Shown: positions 40,819 to 50,368, counted from the first letter of the stretch. The stretch is DNA of 64,000 nucleotides from an uncultured virus (IMG/VR IMGVR_UViG_2609459885_000003) (IMGVR_UViG_2609459885_000003:1-64000); one strand, 5' to 3'. Numbers and translations: made by a program. Notes: generated by a model from the letters alone, not told the origin.

Positions 40819-40845
40819 GAGGGGAGGGCCACCGATGCTGGTGGC

Positions 40846-41034
40846 CTACCTTGGTGCGAAGCCGGCTTCGGCAAGGCTCTTCTGCAATTTGGCCACCGCA
40901 TCACTGATCGTATAGGCTTCATCATCATCAACGGCGCACCCTCGCATATCAGTCCAGGTTAACCGCTTCACGAGTTGCGCCAGTGCAAGCGCCTCTTCCT
41001 TGCTTAACTGCAGATTGTCCAGGGTATCTAACAT
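40846..41034 (-). CDS. hypothetical protein
   Basis: RBS AAGGAG on the minus strand; 62 aa ending LAEAGFAPR. Confidence 0.65.
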   Translation of the reverse strand: MLDTLDNLQLSKEEALALAQLVKRLTWTDMRGCAVDDDEAYTISDAVAKLQKSLAEAGFAPR

Positions 41035-41259
41035 ATCGCATCTCCTTTATCGCCTCCGGGCAAGATAGCACCGGTCGCCCTATAGATACACCAACCTCAT
41101 CACACCAGGCTAAAAACACCCACCTCTTACCGCCAGGCTACCGAAGCACCCACCGACTTCCCGACGGCCACCAGCTGCCGAAACAGAACGCTTGGACGCC
41201 TCACACCCACTGCGATAATTAAACCAACGAGAAAACAAGTTGTTTAAAGGATTATCACA

Positions 41260-41742
41260 ATGAACTATATCGCCACTGTAAACACTCCCGCGCATGGCAC
41301 CATCTCTGTCACATACTCCGACATTGAAAAGAACATCCTGGGCGCCTGGCGCGAAGAAGAGACCATCCAGCTGTCCGGGAAAGAGAAGCAGCAGATCGCC
41401 AAAGACATCATTTGCAACCGTCGATTCACGCGGGGATTTGAGAAAGCGTATGTGGTAAATTCTGGGTTTGGAACATTTGTCTTCCCGGTGCGCTCCGGGC
41501 GATTCTGCCAGTCCAAGCTGACTGAGTTTGCCTCGCAGATCGCTATCTGGATTAAGACTCAATCGTCGTTCGATTTTAGCGATGATGAAGCAATAGCGCA
41601 GGGTATGCGGATCGCCAACAATGCAATTAAATGCAAAAACATCACGTATGCCGCTGGCGTTGACTCATGGAAACTGTTTTGCGCTAACTTTATGCTGAAT
41701 GTATACGCCAGCAATCGGATTCACATACTGGCTGGCAAGTAA
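41260..41742 (+). CDS. hypothetical protein
   Basis: RBS AAGGA after a GATAAT plus motif-B cassette. Confidence 0.7.
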   Translation: MNYIATVNTPAHGTISVTYSDIEKNILGAWREEETIQLSGKEKQQIAKDIICNRRFTRGFEKAYVVNSGFGTFVFPVRSGRFCQSKLTEFASQIAIWIKTQSSFDFSDDEAIAQGMRIANNAIKCKNITYAAGVDSWKLFCANFMLNVYASNRIHILAGK

Positions 41743-42333
41743 GAGGGGAGGGGGCTGGAAACGCCCCTTTCTTTCCGTCCACCAGCTCCCGCAGGGAAAT
41801 TCAGGAACGGGCAGAAAGCCATCCGGGCAACCGACGGGAAACGGCCAGAAAATTTTCGGGAAACGGCGGGGGTCGCCTCATGGGAAAAATTTGTATAGCG
41901 GGAGACGCCAGAATCGTCGCCAGCTGGTGGACGTAAGCTGTTTTTGCACCATACGTCCAGCGCTGTGATCTGCGCTGCATTGTTAGCGCGTACACGTTGC
42001 GCCAACGTGCTAATGATACGTGAGCGCCCACGGATCGCGCCAATATTGCCGACACGCCCCGAAGGATAGCGCAGATCGCGTCACCAGACGATCACGCCCA
42101 CGACACGACAAATAAGCTATGCGCTAAAACGCTTTTAAACGCGCTATAACGTGTTTTTTAATGTGTGTAATGGGTATGTACTACCACACGTAAAAACGCG
42201 TTAAATTGGCGCGTTTATGGCGCTTATTTTTGGTGTGAATGAGTGAACGCCAGATAAAAGAAAACGCGCCAACAATGGCGCGTTATGGTGGAGATCCTGA
42301 AACGGAAAAAGCGCCCATAGTGGGCGCTGGTGG

Positions 42334-42537
42334 CTAAATGCTGTTTTGCAACTTTCCGATCATTTCAGACAAGCGCAAATATTCTCTTTTCCGTTTACAG
42401 TCTCGCTTGCTGTTAAGCAAATCAGAGAACGTAAAGTTTAGCGCGTCACGCTGGGCGCTTAATTCGTCGATGAGTTCAAGTTTATAAGCGCGATATTTAG
42501 CGCGATACTCCGCGCGGATCTGGTCATAGCTAATCAT
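42334..42537 (-). CDS. hypothetical protein
   Basis: RBS TAAGGA; terminator hairpin at 42307-42330. Confidence 0.7.
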   Translation of the reverse strand: MISYDQIRAEYRAKYRAYKLELIDELSAQRDALNFTFSDLLNSKRDCKRKREYLRLSEMIGKLQNSI

Positions 42538-42587
42538 GATTTTTATCCTTAAAACTAGCGCCCATAGTGGGCGCTGAATCCGTCTAC

Positions 42588-43238
42588 TTATGCTTTGAAA
42601 GCGTCAGCCAGATAGTTATAAAAATCATTTTTGATGAAGCGATATTGCTGCGATCCGTTTTTGGCAGCGCCCATTCCTTTAATCTTCTCGACCAGTCCCA
42701 GACGTTCACACAGATTGATCAGCTGGTTGGCTTGCGTATATCCTGCATCTAACTTAATTTCATTTGCTTGTTTTGCTTCATTCATCAAATCGAAAACAGC
42801 ACCATTTGTGAACGTGTCGATCTCATCGTTAATCATATCGATTAAAGCGAATACACGAGATCCGGACATATCAGCGACTGAATACACACATTTACCAGAC
42901 TTGATAGATTTAACCAGATAAACCAGCTTTTCGAGAGAGTAGCTATTTGTCATCGCTTCGCGGAAAAACACTTCTGGCGTTTGCTTGCTTGCTTTAATCG
43001 CGTAGTAGAAGACACCAGACAACTTATCGTCGCTTACTGCGTTTACAACGTTATTCACGAAGTATGCGAGTTTAGTAGACGCTGCAAGCATGTTAGCTTT
43101 ATCTGCTTTGGTGTGCGTGCCATTCTGATAATGTTCGTTGTAAGTCTGTGTAGCTTGATCTGCTTTTAATTGTAATTCGTCAGTGATAACTACAGCAGCA
43201 TCAATGATGGATTTTTTAGAAATGGTTACGTTAGACAT
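42588..43238 (-). CDS. hypothetical protein, possible C-terminal winged helix
   Basis: RBS TAAGGA; YTQANQLINLCERLGLVEK looks like a recognition helix plus wing. Confidence 0.7.
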   Translation of the reverse strand: MSNVTISKKSIIDAAVVITDELQLKADQATQTYNEHYQNGTHTKADKANMLAASTKLAYFVNNVVNAVSDDKLSGVFYYAIKASKQTPEVFFREAMTNSYSLEKLVYLVKSIKSGKCVYSVADMSGSRVFALIDMINDEIDTFTNGAVFDLMNEAKQANEIKLDAGYTQANQLINLCERLGLVEKIKGMGAAKNGSQQYRFIKNDFYNYLADAFKA

Positions 43239-43562
43239 GATTTTAATCCTTATGTAATATTGAAAACTTATTTTGTTTTTCGTCTATCGTCAGCATGTTT
43301 GCTTTCGATGTAAGTAATTATCGACATGCAAAAAATAAAATCAAGCGTTTTTCGCAAGGGGTGATAAAAAATTTATTTCACAAATAAATCAAAGTCTTAG
43401 AAATAAATCGAGTTTTCTCGAAGGTGTTGCCTAAATAAATTCTACACTCGGTGTATTACCCTTATATATTTAGCGCTGACAATACTTTTTGTGATTTAAT
43501 TTATCGGGGAGTGACCTATAAAATAATAACCGGACATAGCCGGCTATTACCCTTATAGGCAT

Positions 43563-43862
43563 TTACATCTTTTTTGCATAGTTCCTGATTTCTTTTATTA
43601 TATACTCCCCAAAACGTTCCGAGTTTTCGCATTTGTCTTTCGAAGGCTCATCAAGCCCCAACTTGCATCCCGAAACGATCAGTCCATCTTGATATGCAGC
43701 GCCTAAAGCCATGCTTAGCTCTAACATGCACAAATCGTAGTCTTCCGCCTTTGAACACACCTTTGTAGAGACACGTTGAGCTCGTTCAATGCTATTTTCT
43801 TGAGAAAATGCGGAAGAGCTAAAAATGAAAGTTAAGAATGTTAATGCTGCTACAGTTTTCAC
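43563..43862 (-). CDS. putative secreted protein
   Basis: Signal peptide ending SSSAFS; four Cys. Confidence 0.6.
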   Translation of the reverse strand: MKTVAALTFLTFIFSSSAFSQENSIERAQRVSTKVCSKAEDYDLCMLELSMALGAAYQDGLIVSGCKLGLDEPSKDKCENSERFGEYIIKEIRNYAKKM

Positions 43863-43871
43863 ATCAATATC

Positions 43872-44402
43872 CTAAAACGGCAGAATTCGTTCAACCCAAT
43901 CAAACAGGACGATCATTTTTCGCCCGTTCCCAACGGCAAGTGTGACCTGACAAGCGTCGACGCCAAGTGACACACCTTCAATTTCGCGGCCGTCCGCCAT
44001 GTAGACCCTTACAGATTTATGGTTCTCGTGAGCCTGGCGGCAAATTTTAAAGAAATCACGGCGGGATGGCCGGTTATCAACATAGTCTGGATGTACGGTT
44101 ACGCGACCAACGAAATCATGGGTGACAGCGTCATTTACACCTGACTCGATAGTGCTGATTCGCTCAAGTGGCAACCTTACACGATTGTCTTTGTCGAACG
44201 GCGCCGGGCATAGATCTACCTTGTTACGGGAGGACATCGTCCCCTGAACGTACATGCAGAACACCTGGCCATCTTCCATCGTGACCTTTACGGGAATTTG
44301 CTCCTTGCGCCAGAACATCAACGACGCCTCTACTTTTGAGTAATCGCGCGGCCAGACCTCAGCAGGTATCCCGTAGGTGATATCGGTAATGGTATTGGGC
44401 AT
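43872..44402 (-). CDS. hypothetical protein with two Sm/Hfq-like repeats
   Basis: RKEQIPVKVTMEDGQ...ISTIE and HKSVRVYMADGREIEG...VERILP. Confidence 0.6.
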   Translation of the reverse strand: MPNTITDITYGIPAEVWPRDYSKVEASLMFWRKEQIPVKVTMEDGQVFCMYVQGTMSSRNKVDLCPAPFDKDNRVRLPLERISTIESGVNDAVTHDFVGRVTVHPDYVDNRPSRRDFFKICRQAHENHKSVRVYMADGREIEGVSLGVDACQVTLAVGNGRKMIVLFDWVERILPF

Positions 44403-44557
44403 ATTTTAAACGCCTCATGTTATGCGATAAAAATTACCAGAAGGTACGAGTCACCATTATCTTCTATTTCCTTAGTTTTGACAGGCGAAAAAGCGTTACC
44501 TTGTTGCAAATACTTAGAATTGTTATAGTTTGCAGGCAAGTTTCTATATGGTGAAGA

Positions 44558-44995
44558 ATGATGAATAAGTGCGCATTAATAGCTTTGATAACCTCCAGTT
44601 TACTGGTGGCTGGATGTTCAACCCAGGCGGTCAGGACGAGTGCTGCCGACCCAGTCCCAGCTTCGAGAATACTGTCGACCAAATACAATACGCCGTCAGA
44701 GAATACGCAAAAAATCATCGTGAAACGAGACTCTGGCAGTAAGGGCGCGCTTTGTACCAGCCGGCTTTCTGTTGATGGTGAGCCAGTTGCTGATATCAAA
44801 ACATCTGAGAAGGTTGAGTTAAACCTGCCTTATGGCGAGCATATTCTGTCTGTAGATCAGCAGGGTATGTCTATTATGTGCGGCAAGATGAACACCGAAA
44901 GAGAAATCATGGTGTCAAAAGATAAGCAAGACGAATATCGGATCGGGGTGACGGTGTCGGCAGAGCTGTTCATCATGAAAACAGCCTATAAATAA
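44558..44995 (+). CDS. lipoprotein
   Basis: Lipobox LVAG-C after a hydrophobic leader; IIVKRDSG and VDGEPVADI. Confidence 0.8.
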   Translation: MMNKCALIALITSSLLVAGCSTQAVRTSAADPVPASRILSTKYNTPSENTQKIIVKRDSGSKGALCTSRLSVDGEPVADIKTSEKVELNLPYGEHILSVDQQGMSIMCGKMNTEREIMVSKDKQDEYRIGVTVSAELFIMKTAYK

Positions 44996-45045
44996 ATGGT
45001 AGAGGAGGGCGAGAGCGTTTCACCCACGCCCTCCGTAAGTACGCG

Positions 45046-45321
45046 TTAGAGACGTTTGAGGATATCTTCCAAGTCTTCCTTGGTCATCCCGGAGTTCTCG
45101 TAGATCTGCAACACTTTCTGTCTAGCGTTCTCAGCCGCTGCCATCGAGGTCGCGATCTTCTCAAACTCTGCTGTGCTCATCTTGGTCAGAACAAGGTTAA
45201 TGATGTCTGACTTCGACATTTTGATGTTGCGCTCTTTCAGGCGCTTTTTGAACGAACCAAGCTTTTCGTTGGCTTTTTCGGTGAGCTTCACCTGACATGA
45301 AATTGAGCGATTTTCGGTCAT
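45046..45321 (-). CDS. ribbon-helix-helix-like DNA-binding protein
   Basis: ISCQVKLT...MSKSDIINLVL pattern; downstream of the helicase. Confidence 0.55.
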   Translation of the reverse strand: MTENRSISCQVKLTEKANEKLGSFKKRLKERNIKMSKSDIINLVLTKMSTAEFEKIATSMAAAENARQKVLQIYENSGMTKEDLEDILKRL

Positions 45322-45323
45322 AA

Positions 45324-46883
45324 TTAATCTCTTTGTAATACACCAAAGTCAAAACTGCTCCCGACAGGCAACACGCCTTCCGCAAACCCGGGAGTGGTGT
45401 CAATAATGTGTTTTCGTTCGTATGAGTGTGACATCAGGTGTTTGTTGCTTATATCGATAAAATCCGAAATAAAACACACATTTGCCTGATTCTTCTTGGC
45501 ACGAAGGCCGCGACCAACACGTTGACGCATTTCGACTTCGGCCTTGCCTCCTCCGGCAAGAATTACGGCGCCAACACTTGGCACATCGACACCGACATCC
45601 AGTATCGTAGAGCCGATCAGCACATCAATTTTCCCTGCAGCCAGGCTGTTAAGCTTAGCCTGTCTGGTACTCTGGTTGGATTCACCGTAAATAAAATCTA
45701 CCCGTAAGCCGCTCTCTTTCATCATTTCCATCAGTATCTGACCGTGGCGTTTGATCCTCACCAGGGTCATACAGTTCAGTCCATGATCACGGTACATCAG
45801 CGCGTCGCGAACGACGGCCTCGTTACGTCCAATATTGTAAACGATACCGAGCTGATAAGCTTTCTGATACGGCGTGCTCATCCCAACTCTGAAGTTCAGA
45901 TGCTTGGAAGCGAGCTCCGCTCGTATACGAGCCTCATCCGGAGTGTACGCGATTTTATGGTATACGAAGTAGGGTTTGGCCAAAATACCTCGCTCGATCA
46001 GATATTTTTCAGTGACCTTTATCTCGATGCGTCCTGCAACCGCCATCAGACGCATATTGGCCTCAGTTGAAGCCTTCATAAACGGGGTTGCTGTCAGCGC
46101 CAGACGATAGTCGGCGTTAATGCACAGTCTGGCGATGTCATAAAAGTTTGAACCGGAGGATTCGTGGGCTTCTTCGAGGATTAGCAGTGAGACGCTTGAG
46201 AGGAATCGCTTAATCAGCTCCCGGCGCTTAAGATGATAAGCCTTTTTCTCCGCCGGCATATCGCGTGGAGGCTCTTCAAGAAAACTCGCCAGGGTTTGCA
46301 CTGTTGCGACATTGATATGGCGAGACACCTGAAACTCACCAGAACCAATGATGCCAACCTTCTGACCTTTAAGCCACGGCTCTCCATTCTCAGCGCGATA
46401 GTCGATCGACTTCTGGAAGTTATCTGCCATTTGAAACATAAGAACAGAGCGGGTGGTTAAAAACAGCGTCATGCGACCAATACGCGCCGCGGCTTTGCAA
46501 GCTACGTTCGACTTTCCCCCGCCAGTGGCGATCTGCGCAATCATCATTCCTTCGCGAACCAGTGTCTCTACAGCCTGATCTTGATACGCATAGTCCGGAT
46601 TATAGGGGAAAGGGTTAACTGCCGGGTTTGGTTTACCAAGCGCCGGAACCTTGTCTTTGCGAATATGCACGCATTTAATGCCAGCCTTCACCAGATTTGC
46701 TGCTACCGATTTAGCAAAACCCGCGGGGAAGGCATTTTTGCTCCAGTTGAACATAGTACTGGTGCCTTTCCAGTCGCCAGCTTCGACTTCGTAACTCAGC
46801 ATTTCCTGGACGAGTCGCTTCACGTTGTCATCAGCGCCGGAGACCATAGCGTTGACCGCGTTCGAAACAATCCTAACAGTCAT
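45324..46883 (-). CDS. superfamily 2 helicase (UvsW-like)
   Basis: ATGGGKS, LEEAH (variant DExH), LTATP, DVGVDVP, QRVGRGLR; start MTVRIV after GAAGGA. Confidence 0.9.
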   Translation of the reverse strand: MTVRIVSNAVNAMVSGADDNVKRLVQEMLSYEVEAGDWKGTSTMFNWSKNAFPAGFAKSVAANLVKAGIKCVHIRKDKVPALGKPNPAVNPFPYNPDYAYQDQAVETLVREGMMIAQIATGGGKSNVACKAAARIGRMTLFLTTRSVLMFQMADNFQKSIDYRAENGEPWLKGQKVGIIGSGEFQVSRHINVATVQTLASFLEEPPRDMPAEKKAYHLKRRELIKRFLSSVSLLILEEAHESSGSNFYDIARLCINADYRLALTATPFMKASTEANMRLMAVAGRIEIKVTEKYLIERGILAKPYFVYHKIAYTPDEARIRAELASKHLNFRVGMSTPYQKAYQLGIVYNIGRNEAVVRDALMYRDHGLNCMTLVRIKRHGQILMEMMKESGLRVDFIYGESNQSTRQAKLNSLAAGKIDVLIGSTILDVGVDVPSVGAVILAGGGKAEVEMRQRVGRGLRAKKNQANVCFISDFIDISNKHLMSHSYERKHIIDTTPGFAEGVLPVGSSFDFGVLQRD

Positions 46884-46962
46884 AAATATCTTTCCTTCGT
46901 GCCTTTTATATGTTAATTGGCTAGAATAGTAAGTACTTATGCAATGGATTGTATCAAAAAGT

Positions 46963-47643
46963 ATGGACGTAAAAATTACCATTCTGCAGGTAGAAGTGGC
47001 CAGACTCCGGCCAAATCCCTGGAACACCAACTCGGTTGGTGCTCAAAACTTCGAAAAACTGAAAGGCTCCATCGAAAAACTGGGTTTTTTCAAGCCAATT
47101 CTTGCGCGTGAGCTGGACGGTGGCCAATTTGAGATCCTCGGTGGCGAACATCGCTGGCGAGCCGCTATGGAACAGGGTATTTCCACGGTTCCTGTTATAT
47201 CGGTGGGCAAAATAAGCGATCTGGTAGCGAAACAAATGTCTCTGGTCGATAACGAGCGATACGGCGAAGACGATCAGGTCGCATTACAGCGTCTGATCGA
47301 GGAAATTCAGTCCGAACTCGATTATCAGCTGTCGGAAATTGCCCCTTACGACGACGAACTGGCGGCCACACTGGCTCGTGAGTCGGCAATTGACCTGGAA
47401 ATGCTTGAGGCGTTGTCGCGTGGCGACGAAGAGCCCATTGAGAAGGACTCTCGCGAAAAAGCTGAGCGTGTCGGTGCGGAACACCAGACCATGCGCTTCA
47501 AAGTGACGTTTGACGCTTCTGATCGCGTTACCGAAACCATTAAATCCATCATCAAAGAGCAGGCGATCAACACCGGCAACGACATGGAGAATGCTGGTGA
47601 AGCTCTGGTATGGCTGGTCGATAACTACAAGGAGTGTATTTAA
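46963..47643 (+). CDS. ParB/Srx N-terminal domain protein 1
   Basis: LRPNPWNTN, SIEKLGFFKPIL, ILGGEHRWRAA. Confidence 0.85.
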   Translation: MDVKITILQVEVARLRPNPWNTNSVGAQNFEKLKGSIEKLGFFKPILARELDGGQFEILGGEHRWRAAMEQGISTVPVISVGKISDLVAKQMSLVDNERYGEDDQVALQRLIEEIQSELDYQLSEIAPYDDELAATLARESAIDLEMLEALSRGDEEPIEKDSREKAERVGAEHQTMRFKVTFDASDRVTETIKSIIKEQAINTGNDMENAGEALVWLVDNYKECI

Positions 47644-48311
47644 TGACCAAAACGTTCGAAATCGTCTACCGAGACCCGGCAGAGCTCATTCCCTATGAAA
47701 TGAACGCCAAAAAGCATGACGAGCAGCAGATCCGTGACCTGGCCGCAGCCATAAAAAAGCGTGGTTTTGACCAGCCGATCACTGTCGATAAAGACGATGT
47801 CATCATTACTGGCCATGGCCGCCGCGAAGCTGCGCTTTTAGCGGGGCTGAAAAGTGTGCCGGTGATCGTTCGCGACGATCTGTCCGATGAAGAAGTGAAG
47901 GCGAAGCGTCTGGAGGATAACCGGCTGGCCAGCATTGATTACGATGCCATCAAGTTACAGAAAGAGCTGGAGTCTCTGGTATTTGGTGACGTTGAAGTCT
48001 TCGGCTTTGACGAGCGTGAGCTGAACGTGCTGGTCGGTAGCATGACCGAAGAAATGGATACTGGCGCACTGGTTATGGATCTGGGCGAGGAAACCGAGCG
48101 CCAGAAAGAAGAGCACACCGAAATCAGTCGCGAAGTCGCCGCCGAAGAGGTTCGAGTGGTCGATGTTCTGGGTTTTAAAACGCTCCCTGCTGGCTCTGCG
48201 ATTGTCGTGGGGGATTTGCTTGCCCACATGGAAGAAATCACGGGAGAGAGCGGGGTAGACGCGTTCGTTGCTTATGCGCAGAAAGTTTCCTCCGGGGGAG
48301 TCGAAGCATGA
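47643..48311 (+). CDS. ParB/Srx N-terminal domain protein 2
   Basis: LIPYEMNAKKH, GFDQPITVD, ITGHGRREAA, RLEDNRL. Confidence 0.85.
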   Translation: MTKTFEIVYRDPAELIPYEMNAKKHDEQQIRDLAAAIKKRGFDQPITVDKDDVIITGHGRREAALLAGLKSVPVIVRDDLSDEEVKAKRLEDNRLASIDYDAIKLQKELESLVFGDVEVFGFDERELNVLVGSMTEEMDTGALVMDLGEETERQKEEHTEISREVAAEEVRVVDVLGFKTLPAGSAIVVGDLLAHMEEITGESGVDAFVAYAQKVSSGGVEA

Positions 48312-48946
48312 GCACATATACCATCAACGTATCGTTCCAGACCCGTGTCAACAAGACCACTCGCACGCTTGAGATCGCCGAATCGTTTGGGCTTGGTCTG
48401 GATGAAAAAGACTGGACGCTTTACGACAATCTTGAGCTGGAAGTCGAGCAGGGTGATGTGGTCTACATCACTGGCCAGTCAGGCTCCGGAAAATCTGTCG
48501 TGCTGCGTGAGCTACAACGCCAGATGAAAGATGAAGGGCTTTCAGTCGCCTCCATTGATGACTTTACCTTTGACAACGACGTCAATGTCATTGACCAACT
48601 GGGTAAAACCACCAGCGAAGCGTTAGGGCTGCTTTCGATGGCTGGCTTGAATGATGCCTATCTCTTTGTGCGCAAACCTTCTGAAATGTCGGATGGCCAG
48701 AAATACCGGCTCAAGATCGCCAAGCTTATTGAGTCGGGCGCAAAGGTATGGGCTGCGGATGAATTTGGCGCAGTTCTTGATCGTGTTACCGCCCAGGTTG
48801 TGGCGTCGAACCTCCAGCGTGCCGCGCGAAAGGTAGGTGCGACGGTAATGGTGGCGACGACCCACGAAGACCTGAAGAACGCGCTGCGCCCGGATATGCA
48901 GATCACCAAGCACTACAAAGAACGCGTGAAGGTGGAATATGCCTGA
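48308..48946 (+). CDS. stand-alone ABC-type ATPase
   Basis: GQSGSGKS, MSDGQKYR, AADEFGAVLDR, ATTHED; no permease gene nearby. Confidence 0.85.
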   Translation: MSTYTINVSFQTRVNKTTRTLEIAESFGLGLDEKDWTLYDNLELEVEQGDVVYITGQSGSGKSVVLRELQRQMKDEGLSVASIDDFTFDNDVNVIDQLGKTTSEALGLLSMAGLNDAYLFVRKPSEMSDGQKYRLKIAKLIESGAKVWAADEFGAVLDRVTAQVVASNLQRAARKVGATVMVATTHEDLKNALRPDMQITKHYKERVKVEYA

Positions 48947-49193
48947 TTTGAAGATCGTAGAGCTGAAGCCATCGAAAGAGACTGACAACAATAACGTTGA
49001 AGTCATCCGCCTGCTGGAAGATGCACTCCAGTACGCCAGAGAAGGCAAAAGCCAGAGCCTGGCGCTGCTGATGATCAATAACGACGGGAGTGTTCTGGAT
49101 TGCTGGCATAACGGTGGGCGCCCATACGTCATGGTTGGGGCGATGGAATCGCTTCGCCTGGACTTCATCAATGCCAATATCGAGCGCAGGTGA
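48939..49193 (+). CDS. hypothetical protein
   Basis: 84-aa ORF overlapping both neighbours. Confidence 0.65.
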   Translation: MPDLKIVELKPSKETDNNNVEVIRLLEDALQYAREGKSQSLALLMINNDGSVLDCWHNGGRPYVMVGAMESLRLDFINANIERR

Positions 49194-49198
49194 TCGGC

Positions 49199-50089
49199 AT
49201 GACAGACATCATCATCAAACGGTATCGCCCGGAGGAGTTCCCGCGCCATCTGGACTTTCTTGAGCGCATGACCGTCACCAGGGGGACGGTAGAAGACTGG
49301 CACGCGCTTAAGTCGCTTCACTACAAGACAGATGGGAAGCCGTTCGCCCCTACCTACTACCGTTGTGAGCTTGATGGTCGGTTGGTAGGCGTTGTAGTTA
49401 TGGCCTTCCCTAAACTGCTACTGGCGCCGCGGCATCGCATGTTTCCAAAGCTGAAACCCACAACCAATACCACCGTGGCAAATCAGTACTGGGGACGTTA
49501 CGTAAACAACAACTTCGCTGTGATCAGCCGCTCTGTAGTGGACACCCAGTATCGTGGCGTCGGGGTATCGTATCGCATGATTAATCTGGTTAGCAGGATG
49601 CATGACCGGCCAATCATCGAGATCCAGTCGTCGATGAGCAAATATAACCCGTTTGCCATGAAAGCAGGGTTTTGCTTCATCCGTCCTGAACGTCCGAAGA
49701 GCTACGAAAGCGCGCTTCGCGTCTTTCAGCGCCATTTTCGTTCTGATCCCGGCGACAACGAAGCGATTGTGAAAGAGCTGTTTGCGATGACTGATTCACG
49801 CCGGCGCCGCGCTCTGCGAGATCTGGTGGCGGACTATCACAAGAATAGTTCTCTGGCAAAAGCAGGCCGCAACCGTGGCACTACCATTCAGGATATCGCG
49901 GATAGCCTGGTGGATGAGGCCAGCATCGTGAAACTGCTCAAGGATATTCACAACCTGAGCTTCACTTCACCGCTCTATGGGGTTTATCGCAACCCTGATT
50001 TTGGTCGCCAGCTGCCAGACACACTGCCACTGCTGGCTTTTGATAAACAACCGCTGAATGCACCACTGGATATTGCGTTACCGGCATAA
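49199..50089 (+). CDS. GNAT-fold acetyltransferase-like protein
   Basis: LHY, LVGVVVM, ISRSVVDTQYRGVGVS (acetyl-CoA motif A), SSMSKYNPF..KAGF; start could be 49190. Confidence 0.7.
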   Translation: MTDIIIKRYRPEEFPRHLDFLERMTVTRGTVEDWHALKSLHYKTDGKPFAPTYYRCELDGRLVGVVVMAFPKLLLAPRHRMFPKLKPTTNTTVANQYWGRYVNNNFAVISRSVVDTQYRGVGVSYRMINLVSRMHDRPIIEIQSSMSKYNPFAMKAGFCFIRPERPKSYESALRVFQRHFRSDPGDNEAIVKELFAMTDSRRRRALRDLVADYHKNSSLAKAGRNRGTTIQDIADSLVDEASIVKLLKDIHNLSFTSPLYGVYRNPDFGRQLPDTLPLLAFDKQPLNAPLDIALPA

Positions 50090-50098
50090 GGATTTGCC

Positions 50099-50365
50099 AT
50101 GACACTGACTGATAAACAGAAAGACATCATTAAGACCATCAACTTAGGCCATGAACGTGGACATTTGCTCGATCTGGACGAGCTGCTGGAAGTGCTGCCT
50201 TACCGGACGACAAAGCAGTCTATGCAATTCTCCCTGCGCGCGCTGATCAAGAAAGGTTTGGTCGAAAAGCACGACTGCCGGCCGCGAGAGGATTCTGGCT
50301 ACCAGCGTCGAACTCTGGGGCTGACGACATTAGGTCGAGCCAGAGCCAAGTTACTGGTGATGTAA
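50099..50365 (+). CDS. winged-helix DNA-binding protein
   Basis: LTDKQKDII...SMQFSLRALIKKGLVEK...LTTLGR. Confidence 0.7.
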   Translation: MTLTDKQKDIIKTINLGHERGHLLDLDELLEVLPYRTTKQSMQFSLRALIKKGLVEKHDCRPREDSGYQRRTLGLTTLGRARAKLLVM

Positions 50366-50368
50366 GTT

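Noticed and set aside
46963..48946. ParABS partition system or ABC transporter
   Set aside because: The ATPase is ABC-type rather than a deviant Walker A ParA, there is no permease, and the genes are coupled to a GNAT beside the terminase.
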